DNA of 64,000 nucleotides, taken from positions 7,510 through 71,509 of the forward strand of contig CAZCFA010000002.1 of assembly GCA_964497825.1 (NCBI GenBank), read 5' to 3'. Shown here piece by piece: positions 9,109 through 16,482 of this stretch. The first letter of the stretch is position 1; each line of letters starts with the position of its first letter. The translations under genes were made by a program, and so were the position numbers. The DNA is from an uncultured Conexibacter sp. (GTDB lineage: Bacteria > Actinomycetota > Thermoleophilia > Solirubrobacterales > 70-9). Under the pieces are notes generated by a model, which worked only from the letters and a program-made list of their open reading frames with translations, was not told the DNA's origin and did not search any database.

Positions 9109-10100
9109 GGCGGGCGCTGGCCGCCGCGCTGCTGCTCGCCGCCCTCGTCGCGGCGCCGCTGGGGCTCGGCGCCTGCGGCGGCGGCGCCGCGTCCGACGAG
9201 CGCTTCGACGTGATGCTTGACTTCGTCGTCAACCCCGACCACGCCGGCCTCTACGTCGCCGAGCGGCGCGGCTACTTCGGCGACGCGGGCCTCGACGTCA
9301 CCCTGCGCGTCCCCCCCGACCCGGCGGCGCCGATCAAGCAGGTCGCCGCCGGCCGGGTCGACCTGGCGATCTCCTACGAGCCCGAGCTGGTGCTCGCCCG
9401 CGACCAGGGCATCGACGTGGTCGCGGTCGCGGCGCTGGTCAACGGCCCGCTGACCTCGCTGATCTCGCTGCCCGCCGCCGGCATCGACGACCCCGCCGAC
9501 CTCGCCGGCAAGACCGTCGTCGACGCCGGCATCCCCTACCAGTCGGCCTACCTGCGGACGATCCTCGAGAACGCCGGCGTCGATCCCGACTCGGTCGACG
9601 AGGTCAACGTCGGCTTCAACCTGATCCCGCCGCTGGTCTCCGGCCGCGCCGACGCGATGCTCGGCGGCTTCCTCAACGTCGAGGGCGTCCAGCTCGAGGC
9701 CGAGGGCGAGAACCCCCGGGTGGTGCCGGTCGACCGGCTCGGCGTCCCGACCTACGACGAGCTCGTGCTCGTCGCCGACGGCGAGCGCGTGCGCGAGGAT
9801 CCCGGGCAGATCAGGGCGTTCATCGCCGCGCTCGAGCGCGGAACCGACGCCGCGATCGCTGATCCGGCGGCTGCCACCGACGCGATCGTCGCCGCCGGCG
9901 AGCGGCTCGAACCGGCGTTGACCCGCAAGCAGATCGACGCGACGCTGCCGCTGCTCGCCGCCCGGCCGGGCAAGCCCTACGGCTACATGGACCCGAAGCG
10001 CTGGCAGGCCTTCGCCGACTACATGGCCGCCCAGGGCCAGGTCGAGAAGGCCCCCGAGGCCGCGGACCTGCTAACCAACGACCTGCTTCCGGGACAGTGA
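9105..10100 (+). CDS. ABC substrate-binding lipoprotein, NMT1/THI5-like (ThiY-like, thiamine-pyrimidine precursor uptake)
   Basis: ATG 9105 inside track ORF 8484..10100. Signal peptide with lipobox LGLGAC. VMLDFVVNPDHAGLYVAERRGYF block typical of NMT1/THI5-like binding proteins. Riboswitch context. Confidence 0.85.
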   Translation: MRRALAAALLLAALVAAPLGLGACGGGAASDERFDVMLDFVVNPDHAGLYVAERRGYFGDAGLDVTLRVPPDPAAPIKQVAAGRVDLAISYEPELVLARDQGIDVVAVAALVNGPLTSLISLPAAGIDDPADLAGKTVVDAGIPYQSAYLRTILENAGVDPDSVDEVNVGFNLIPPLVSGRADAMLGGFLNVEGVQLEAEGENPRVVPVDRLGVPTYDELVLVADGERVREDPGQIRAFIAALERGTDAAIADPAAATDAIVAAGERLEPALTRKQIDATLPLLAARPGKPYGYMDPKRWQAFADYMAAQGQVEKAPEAADLLTNDLLPGQ

Positions 10101-10116
10101 TCGGAGGGTCGCGCGC

Positions 10117-10520
10117 GTGTCGTTCACCCCCAGGAACCTGGGGCGGGACATCGAGGACGCCGGGGCCGACTTCGACGGCGATCACGGCCTCGAGTCCCGC
10201 CTCGCGACCGGGGCGCTCGGGCTCGAGCGATCGGGCCTCTCCTATCAGCGCGGCTGCGCGCCGCCCCTCGGCCGCCACCCCGGCTTGCCTCGGCTTGCGC
10301 GCGGCTGCGGCCGCCGCCCCGGCTTGCGCTGGCAGCCGCCACCCCGCGCGATCGCCGGGCCGGCTTTGGCCGTACCCGGTGGCTGCGTCTGGGATCGCTG
10401 TCGCCCGAGACCAGCGATCCCCGACGGAGGGCCGAGCCGGGCGTCCCGCCGACTGCCGCTTCCCCTACGGACACACGCGCCGGCAGGAGGAGGTCTACGT
10501 CGTCGTCGGCGGTGGCGGCC
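10117..10520 (+). pseudogene. cupin-domain gene remnant, interrupted by a repeat element and 3'-truncated
   Basis: Frame from GTG 10117 reads MSFTPRNLGRDIEDAGADFDGDHGLESRLATGALGLERSGLSYQR. About 200 bp later another frame reads CRFPYGHTRRQEEVYVVVGGGGRV (cupin motif-1-like). The pieces are out of frame and no C-terminal half follows. Confidence 0.45.
10250..10450. repeat. GC-rich palindromic (MITE/REP-like) element, copy 1
   Basis: Core 10317-10443 matches the reverse complement of 25738-25868 (about 85-90 % by eye). Perfect 10-bp hairpin stem gggatcgctg (10391-10400) / cagcgatccc (10412-10421). Internal sub-repeats ccccggcttgc. Confidence 0.7.
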
Positions 10521-10524
10521 GGGT

Positions 10525-11532
10525 TCAGGCCGCCTCGAGCCCGGGGTTCGGCGGGTGGTACTTCAGCGGCGGTGCCGCCGGTAGCGCCCTGGTCAGCCCG
10601 CCGGCCAGCGTCAGCAGCCCGGCGATGCCGCGATAGGGAGCGAAGCGCGCGTAGAACTCCTCGACCTCAGCGACCGTCGCGCGCCGGCCGATCCCGGTCA
10701 GGTGGCCGACGAGCTTCAGGTAGGCGAGGTCGCCGGCGGGCAGCGAGTCGAGGTCGCCGCGACCGTTGAGGCCGAGCCGCTGCAGGGTCCAGGGGCCGAT
10801 CTCGGAGATCCGGATCAGCCGCTCGTTGCAGCTCGGGTCGCTCAGGTCGCAGCGGCCGGAGGCGACCTCGCGCGCGACCTTGACCAGGGCCAGCGCCCGC
10901 TTCGGCGCCAGCTCGCAGGCGGCGAGCTCGGCCGGGGCGAGGGCGGCGATCGAGGCCGCGGACGGAACGTCGCGAAGCGGCGCGCGGACGCCCGGCAGGC
11001 GGATCGCACCGCCCCAGCGGCCGACGATCCGGCGCTGGATCGCAAGCGCGCGGCCGGACTCGATCAGCTGCTCGGTGATCGCCCAGGCGAGCGCTTCCCA
11101 GGGCCGCCCGGCGCGGCGCGGGCGCAGCCAGGGCCGCCGCCGGATCAGCGGCCCGAGCAGCGGATCGCGCTTGAAGCGGGCGTGGAACTCGGAGAGGTCG
11201 TCGTCGACGCCGAGCGCCCGGCGGCCGCAGTCGAGCGCCGCCTCGAGCTGCTCGCGCCCGGCGCGCTCGGCGCCGAGCGGCCGCAGGTCGAGCCAGGCCG
11301 GCGGCACCGGCATCGCCGCGATCGAGACCGCCGCGCCGGGACCGGGCCAGGCGCGGACCAGGACCGGCCGCCGGTCGATCCGGAGCAGACGCTCGTAGAC
11401 GCCGCGGCGGGTGCGGGCGACGCCGTCGGGCCAGCGCCCGCCCGGGAGCCGGAACGGCGAGCGCGGCAGCAGCTCGATCACCAGCGAACCGCCGGGGCCC
11501 GGGCGCGGCCGGCCCGCGGCGGCGCCCGGCAT
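10525..11532 (-). CDS. DNA-3-methyladenine glycosylase II-like (AlkA, HhH-GPD family)
   Basis: ATG 11532 inside track ORF 10525..12030 (MPGAAAGRPRPGPGGSLVIELLPRSPFRL). HhH-GPD region ISEIGPWTLQRLGLNGRGDLDSLPAGDLAYLK with the catalytic Asp context. Confidence 0.8.
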   Translation of the reverse strand: MPGAAAGRPRPGPGGSLVIELLPRSPFRLPGGRWPDGVARTRRGVYERLLRIDRRPVLVRAWPGPGAAVSIAAMPVPPAWLDLRPLGAERAGREQLEAALDCGRRALGVDDDLSEFHARFKRDPLLGPLIRRRPWLRPRRAGRPWEALAWAITEQLIESGRALAIQRRIVGRWGGAIRLPGVRAPLRDVPSAASIAALAPAELAACELAPKRALALVKVAREVASGRCDLSDPSCNERLIRISEIGPWTLQRLGLNGRGDLDSLPAGDLAYLKLVGHLTGIGRRATVAEVEEFYARFAPYRGIAGLLTLAGGLTRALPAAPPLKYHPPNPGLEAA

Positions 11533-11840
11533 CAGCGACCGAGGACGTGGACGTCGACCAGGAACGAACGGCTGGCGACGACCTCGCGGTTGCCGCCGAT
11601 CCGGCGCAGCGCCCGCGGGCGGGCGCCGGAGCGCCTGGCGACGCTGAGCGCGGCGACGGTGGCGGCGCCGGCGGCGATCCCGCCGGCGGCGACGACGGCG
11701 ATCGCGCGAACCTCGCCACGCCATGAGTCGAGCTCGGCCCGGCCGCGGCGCTCGGGCACCGGGCGGACGTCGGCGGCGAGCTCCCCGCTCGCGCCCGGCG
11801 GCTCCTCGACCGCCTCCGAATCGATCACCCGATCGCTCAC
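11532..11840 (-). CDS. hypothetical single-pass membrane protein
   Basis: GTG 11840 inside track ORF 11532..11909 (VSDRVIDSEAVEEPPGASG...AIAVVAAGGIAAGAATVAALSVA...). Its stop overlaps the alkA-like start. No recognisable domain. Confidence 0.35.
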   Translation of the reverse strand: MSDRVIDSEAVEEPPGASGELAADVRPVPERRGRAELDSWRGEVRAIAVVAAGGIAAGAATVAALSVARRSGARPRALRRIGGNREVVASRSFLVDVHVLGR

Positions 11841-11926
11841 CGCCCGCGAGTCTACGCACCCGCTCGGCGATCCGGCCCCGACCCCGCGGACGGCCGCCGT
11901 CGGGCGCAAGTGGGAGACTTCGGCCG

Positions 11927-13195
11927 GTGAGCGAGCAGCTCGAAACGCCGCGGGTCGGCACCGACGTCTTCGCCAAGGCGCGCGACCACGACCGCGCCGA
12001 GCAGCTCGAGCTGGCGCGCCGGGGCGACATGCTCCCCTACTTCCGGCTGCTGACCTCGCAGGCGGGCCCGGTGGTCGAGATGGAGGGCCGGCGCACGATC
12101 ATGCTCGGCTCCAACAACTACCTGGGCCTGACCGGCGACGAGCGGGTCAAGCGCGCCGCCCGCGAGGCGCTCGAGACCTACGGCACGGCGCTGACCGGCT
12201 CGCGGCTGCTCAACGGCACGATCCCGCTCCACGTCGAGCTCGAGCGGGAGCTCGCCGAGTGGATGGGAACCGAGGCGGCGCTCGTGTTCACCACCGGCTA
12301 CCAGGCCAACGTCGGCTGCATCGGCACGATCCTCGGCCCCGGCGACACGGTGATCTGCGACTCCGGCGACCACGCCTCGATCCTCGACGGCTGCCGGCTC
12401 TCGGGCGCGAAGCTGCGGCCGTTCCGCCACAACCGGCTCGACAAGCTCGAGCGGATGCTGGAGCGGGCCGCCGGCGACGGCGGCGGCGTGCTCGTCGTCG
12501 TCGACGGCGTCTTCTCGATGGAGGGCGACATCTGCCCGCTGAACGAGGTCGCGGAGCTGTGCCGGCGCTACGGCGCCCGGCTGATGGTCGACGAGGCGCA
12601 TGGCGTCGGCGCGCTCGGCGCCCGCGGCGCCGGTGCCGCGGAGCTGTTCGGGGTCGAGCACATGGTCGACCTGCGGATGGGCACCTTCTCGAAGAGCTTC
12701 GCCTCCTGCGGCGGCTTCGTCGCCGGGCCGGCCGATGTGATCGAGTACCTGCGGATCGCCGCCCGCGCGTTCCTGTTCAGCGCCGCGGCGGTCCCGGCCG
12801 CGGTCGGCGCGGCGCTGGCGGCGCTGCGGATCATCCGCTCCGACGACGGCCGCGAGCTGCTCGGCCGGCTCGGCGAGAACGCCGCCTACCTGCATCGCGG
12901 GCTCAGCGACCTCGGCCTGCGCGTCGTCGCCCCGACCCGGATGCCGGACGGGAGCGAGGCGCTGACGCCGATCGTCCCGGTCGTCGTCGGCGACGACATG
13001 CGCGCGGTGATGCTCTGGAAGGCGCTCTACGACGCCGGGCTCTACACCAACGTCGCCCTCCACCCCGCGGTCCCGCCCGGCGGGGCGCTGCTGCGCACGA
13101 GCCTGATGGCGACCCATGAACGGGCGCTGCTCGACGAGGCCGTGGAGACCTTCGCGACCGTCACCAGCGCCGCACCGGAGCTTCTGGACTCATAG
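11927..13195 (+). CDS. PLP-dependent alpha-oxoamine synthase, serine-palmitoyltransferase-like
   Basis: GTG 11927 inside track ORF 11723..13195. MLGSNNYLGLT, GSRLLNGT, DEAHGVGALG and the PLP-lysine motif GTFSKSFASCGG. The LNGT and GTFSKS pattern resembles SPT more than BioF or Kbl. Confidence 0.85.
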   Translation: MSEQLETPRVGTDVFAKARDHDRAEQLELARRGDMLPYFRLLTSQAGPVVEMEGRRTIMLGSNNYLGLTGDERVKRAAREALETYGTALTGSRLLNGTIPLHVELERELAEWMGTEAALVFTTGYQANVGCIGTILGPGDTVICDSGDHASILDGCRLSGAKLRPFRHNRLDKLERMLERAAGDGGGVLVVVDGVFSMEGDICPLNEVAELCRRYGARLMVDEAHGVGALGARGAGAAELFGVEHMVDLRMGTFSKSFASCGGFVAGPADVIEYLRIAARAFLFSAAAVPAAVGAALAALRIIRSDDGRELLGRLGENAAYLHRGLSDLGLRVVAPTRMPDGSEALTPIVPVVVGDDMRAVMLWKALYDAGLYTNVALHPAVPPGGALLRTSLMATHERALLDEAVETFATVTSAAPELLDS

Positions 13196-13246
13196 GTCGC
13201 GCAAGCTGTTTGGCGCGCCGCCTATCGTGTGATCGCGCGCGGCCAC

Positions 13247-13270
13247 CTACCCCTCGGCGGGTAGTTTTTC
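13247..13270 (+). terminator. candidate intrinsic terminator of the oxoamine synthase gene
   Basis: ctaccc-ctcggc-gggtag hairpin (6-bp stem) followed directly by ttttt, 50 bp after the stop at 13195. Confidence 0.5.
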
Positions 13271-13528
13271 CTTGTCCGGTCCGTCACAAGCACGATCGGG
13301 CGAACAAAAAGATGCTCTTAGCGACCGCGGCGGCCGCCCGGCGGCGCCCGGCGGGGGCACCAACGCCGCCGCCGGGCTAAGGTGCCCGGCACCGGACGCG
13401 CAGGCAGGAAGGCGCAACGGGGGGACACCGACGAGGGGCTCCCCTGCCCCCCATCCCACTCGGGATGGCCGATCGCGCCCGGGCGAAAATCGAAACCGAC
13501 GACCGCTCATCACAGAGGAGGAGTGAGT

Positions 13529-13873
13529 ATGGAAGCTGCCTCGATGGCCGCACCGGCCGCCGTACCCCAACACATCCGCGCGCTCGAGCGCGCGAACCGG
13601 GTCCGGCTTGCGCGCGCCGCGCTCAAGCGCGAGGTCCAGGCCGGGACCAGGCCCGCGCAGGACGTCGTCCGCAGCTGCCCCTGGGAGGCGGAGACGATGT
13701 CGGTCTCGGAGCTGCTCCGCGCCCAGGATCGCTGGGGCCGCACCCGCACCCGCAAGTTCCTGCTGCCGCTGGCGATGAACGAGAACCGCCAGCTCGGCCG
13801 GCTCACGTTGCGCCAGCGCGAGGCGCTGGCCGGCGCGCTCGAGGCGAAGCAGCGGGGGCGGCGCCTGACCTAG
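13529..13873 (+). CDS. mihF: integration host factor, actinobacterial type (mIHF-like)
   Basis: ATG 13529 preceded by gaggaggagtgagt. Pattern ALERANRVRLARAALKREV...MSVSELLRA...RQLGRLTLRQREALAGAL parallels mycobacterial mIHF (..ALEKAAAARRARAELK..MKVSALLEA..RRLRGLGDRQRKALLEKF). Confidence 0.7.
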   Translation: MEAASMAAPAAVPQHIRALERANRVRLARAALKREVQAGTRPAQDVVRSCPWEAETMSVSELLRAQDRWGRTRTRKFLLPLAMNENRQLGRLTLRQREALAGALEAKQRGRRLT

Positions 13874-13914
13874 GTGACCGCCCGCACGGCCCGCGGGTCC
13901 GTTTGACCCGCAGC

Positions 13915-13943
13915 GAGGCGGCCCGGCGCGGCCGGGCCGCCTC
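13915..13943. terminator. GC hairpin between convergent genes (possible bidirectional terminator, no U-tract)
   Basis: gaggcggcccgg-cgcgg-ccgggccgcctc: perfect 12-bp stem between the stops at 13873 (+) and 13965 (-). Confidence 0.35.
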
Positions 13944-13964
13944 GGCCTACGGCGCCGCGCGGCG

Positions 13965-14483
13965 TCAGCGGCGCCGGTCGGGGCGGAGCTTGAACGCCCG
14001 CCCGCCCGAGCGGGCCGCGAACGCCCGCGCCAGCAGCAGCGCCGCGGCGGCGAAGACCCCCAGCCCGATCGCCGCCCGGGCGGGCCGCGGCAAGCCGTCG
14101 GGCCCGGCGTAGAAGAGGACGCCGAGGACGATCAGCGCCGGCACCCCGGCAAGCACCAGCGTGTGCGAGCGATAGCCCGCGAAGTGCTCGCGGATGCTGA
14201 GCTCGAGGCCGCCGATCGAGCCGAGCGCGAGGCCGGCCGCGATCAGGATCGGGCCGCGGCTGCCGCCGACGAAGAAGAAGCCGGCGACCAGCATCACGAT
14301 CGCGGCGAGGACCGAGAGCTCGACCAGGGGGAAGTCGCCCCACGGGGCCGGCGGCGGCGGCTCGGGCTCGCCGCGACGGCGGCGGCGCTCGCCGGCGCTC
14401 GTCGCGGCCGACCTCGTGGCCTGCTGCTCCCGCGATGGGGGCGGCCGCCGCTTGCGGCGCTTGCGCGCCGGCTTCGAGGCCAT
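13965..14483 (-). CDS. hypothetical membrane protein with basic N-terminus
   Basis: Track ORF. MASKPARKRRKRRPPP... followed by four hydrophobic segments (LSVLAAIVMLVAGFFFV, ILIAAGLALGSIGG, LVLAGVPALIVLGVLFY, IGLGVFAAAALLLA). Confidence 0.6.
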   Translation of the reverse strand: MASKPARKRRKRRPPPSREQQATRSAATSAGERRRRRGEPEPPPPAPWGDFPLVELSVLAAIVMLVAGFFFVGGSRGPILIAAGLALGSIGGLELSIREHFAGYRSHTLVLAGVPALIVLGVLFYAGPDGLPRPARAAIGLGVFAAAALLLARAFAARSGGRAFKLRPDRRR

Positions 14484-14515
14484 CGGTCAGTCGCCTCCCG
14501 GGACGGGCGGCGCGA

Positions 14516-15001
14516 TCAGCGCCGCCCGCCGGCTAACGGACAACCGGATGACAGCTTGACCCGCCACCAGCCGAGCAGCATGCCGAGGATCCCCCAGCGC
14601 GGCCGCGAGTGCCAGTGCCTGCAGCCGCGCTCGCCGACGTCCTCGCTGCGGACGCGAACCCAGCGGTGGCCGCCGGGATCGGCGATCATCCGCTCGACCA
14701 GCTCGCGGTTCGCCTGCTCCTGATCGGCGCGGCGCGCGACCTCGGCGCGGGCGCCGGCGAGGCGGGCGACGAGCGCGTCACGGGTGCGCTCGAGCTCGGC
14801 GATGCCGAGCAGGCGCGGGCCGCCCGCCGCCGCGACGCCCCACTCGATCCCCCGCCGCGGGAACGTCGTCGCGAACAGCTCGCCGAGCTCGCGCTCGAGG
14901 CGGGCGATCTGGCGGCGCAGCTCGCGGCGGGCGGCGCGGTGATCCTCGGCCGCCGACCGATTACTTCCAACCCTCGGCTCCCGTTCGAGAAGCGCGGTCA
15001 A
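14516..15001 (-). CDS. hypothetical protein
   Basis: Track ORF with TTG start. Coiled-coil-like RRELRRQIARLERELGELF and a Trp/Arg-rich C-terminus. The first ~15 codons have atypically low GC3, so the start is uncertain. Confidence 0.45.
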   Translation of the reverse strand: MTALLEREPRVGSNRSAAEDHRAARRELRRQIARLERELGELFATTFPRRGIEWGVAAAGGPRLLGIAELERTRDALVARLAGARAEVARRADQEQANRELVERMIADPGGHRWVRVRSEDVGERGCRHWHSRPRWGILGMLLGWWRVKLSSGCPLAGGRR

Positions 15002-15064
15002 CCGTGCCCCTTTCGACTCGCTCCCCGGGGATCATAACCGCGAGCGGGACGCCCGGCGTTGGCC

Positions 15065-15706
15065 TCAGGCGGTCTCGATCGCGTCCGCCGCGAGCCACAG
15101 CGCCTCCTCGATCGCGATGTCGGGCACGCCGGCGACGCCGATCGCAACCAGCGTGATCCGGCTCGTCGCCGGCACGACGCCGCGGCCGGCGGCGACGGCG
15201 CCGAACAGCAGCGACAGCGGCCGCGCCGGGTCGGCGACGAGCAGCGTTCCCGGCGGCAGCTCGGTCGGCCGGCCCTCGAGCCGCTCGCCCGCCTCGCTCG
15301 GCCGGATCCCCGGGGCGCCGGCGAGCCGATCGGCATCGTAGGCGCGCAGCGGCACCCCCGACTCGACGATCGCGACGGTGAGCGCGTCGTCGAGCAGGTT
15401 GCGGCTCTCGAACCGGCCCTTGAGCATCCGCTCGAGCGCGAGCTGTTCGGCGGCCGGACGCTGCTCGTCGGGATCGAGGCCGATGTGGCGGTAGAAGACC
15501 CGGTAGGCGGCGGGGATCGGCTTGCTCCGCAGCGCGATCGCCTGGGCGCCGCCGAAGCGGTCGGAGAGCAGCCTCAGCCGTTGCCGCAGGGCGGCCGAGC
15601 TGCGGCCGGACCCGCGTTCGACCGTCAGGTGCCGCAGCTGCAGGCCCGGCAGCTCGGCGCGCAGCGCCGCCGCGACCGGCCCCGGCTCCGACTCGGCCGG
15701 GCTCAC
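15065..15706 (-). CDS. solo B3/B4 (PheRS-beta-like) domain protein
   Basis: Track ORF, GTG start overlapping the upstream stop (GTGA). AAYRVFYRHIGLDPDEQRPAAEQLALERMLKG...NLLDDALTVAIVESGVPL resembles the stand-alone B3/4 domain family. Confidence 0.6.
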   Translation of the reverse strand: MSPAESEPGPVAAALRAELPGLQLRHLTVERGSGRSSAALRQRLRLLSDRFGGAQAIALRSKPIPAAYRVFYRHIGLDPDEQRPAAEQLALERMLKGRFESRNLLDDALTVAIVESGVPLRAYDADRLAGAPGIRPSEAGERLEGRPTELPPGTLLVADPARPLSLLFGAVAAGRGVVPATSRITLVAIGVAGVPDIAIEEALWLAADAIETA

Positions 15707-16482
15707 CGGCTCGTCGCGGCGCGCTCGCGCGAGGCCCGCAGCAGCTCGCGGACGAAGCCGTCGATCTGATCGGCGCCGTAGTTGCCGCCCCGGATCCGGG
15801 CGCTCTGCAGGATCCCGCCGGGGTAGGCGAGCACGATCGTCGGGCAGACGCCGACCTTGAACAGGTTCGAGACGGCGCCGTCGGGATCGAGGCCGACCGG
15901 CACCCGCCAGTGGCCGTCGCGGGCGATCGCGACGACGTCGTCGCGGTCATCGCGGACGTTGATGCTGAGGAAGTTCACCCGGCCCGCGTAGCGACGCGCG
16001 ACCGCGTCGAAGGCGTCCTGGGTCGGCACGCAGTCGCCGCCGCGGGTGAACCAGAACGAGATCGCCAGCGGCTTGTCGAACAGGTCGCAGACGCGGATCG
16101 CGCCCGCCGGATCGATCTCACAGGCCGGCGTCCTGCGGTCGTCCTCCGGGCACGGGTTGCGCGAGCTCGAGCAGTCGTCCTGGTAGATGTTCGCGTCGCC
16201 GTCGAGGTCGCCGAAGGCGTCGGGGACCGCGAACTCGGCGATCGGCTCGCCCTCCACCGGCTCGGTGCCGATGATGCCGCCCTCGTCATCGCGCAGCAGG
16301 TTGATCAGCGCGATCACGGCGATCGCGGTGAACGCGAGCCCGACGAACAGCGAGTAGCGGCTCGCCCGCTTCGGCGCGTTGGGGCTGGCCAGGCCACGCG
16401 GAGGCTGCCGCCGCGGCTCGGGCGGCCGCTCCCGATCGGCCCGCTCCCCACCGTCCTCGGGCCACCAGCCGCCGCCGCTCAC
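15703..16482 (-). CDS. membrane-anchored thioredoxin-fold (TlpA/redoxin-like) protein
   Basis: GTG 16482 inside track ORF 15703..17439 (GTGA overlap with the MMPL stop). TM anchor YSLFVGLAFTAIAVIALINLL, a Cys-rich linker, then AISFWFTRGGDCVPTQDAF where the usual WCxxC reads DCVPT. Confidence 0.7.
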   Translation of the reverse strand: MSGGGWWPEDGGERADRERPPEPRRQPPRGLASPNAPKRASRYSLFVGLAFTAIAVIALINLLRDDEGGIIGTEPVEGEPIAEFAVPDAFGDLDGDANIYQDDCSSSRNPCPEDDRRTPACEIDPAGAIRVCDLFDKPLAISFWFTRGGDCVPTQDAFDAVARRYAGRVNFLSINVRDDRDDVVAIARDGHWRVPVGLDPDGAVSNLFKVGVCPTIVLAYPGGILQSARIRGGNYGADQIDGFVRELLRASRERAATSR

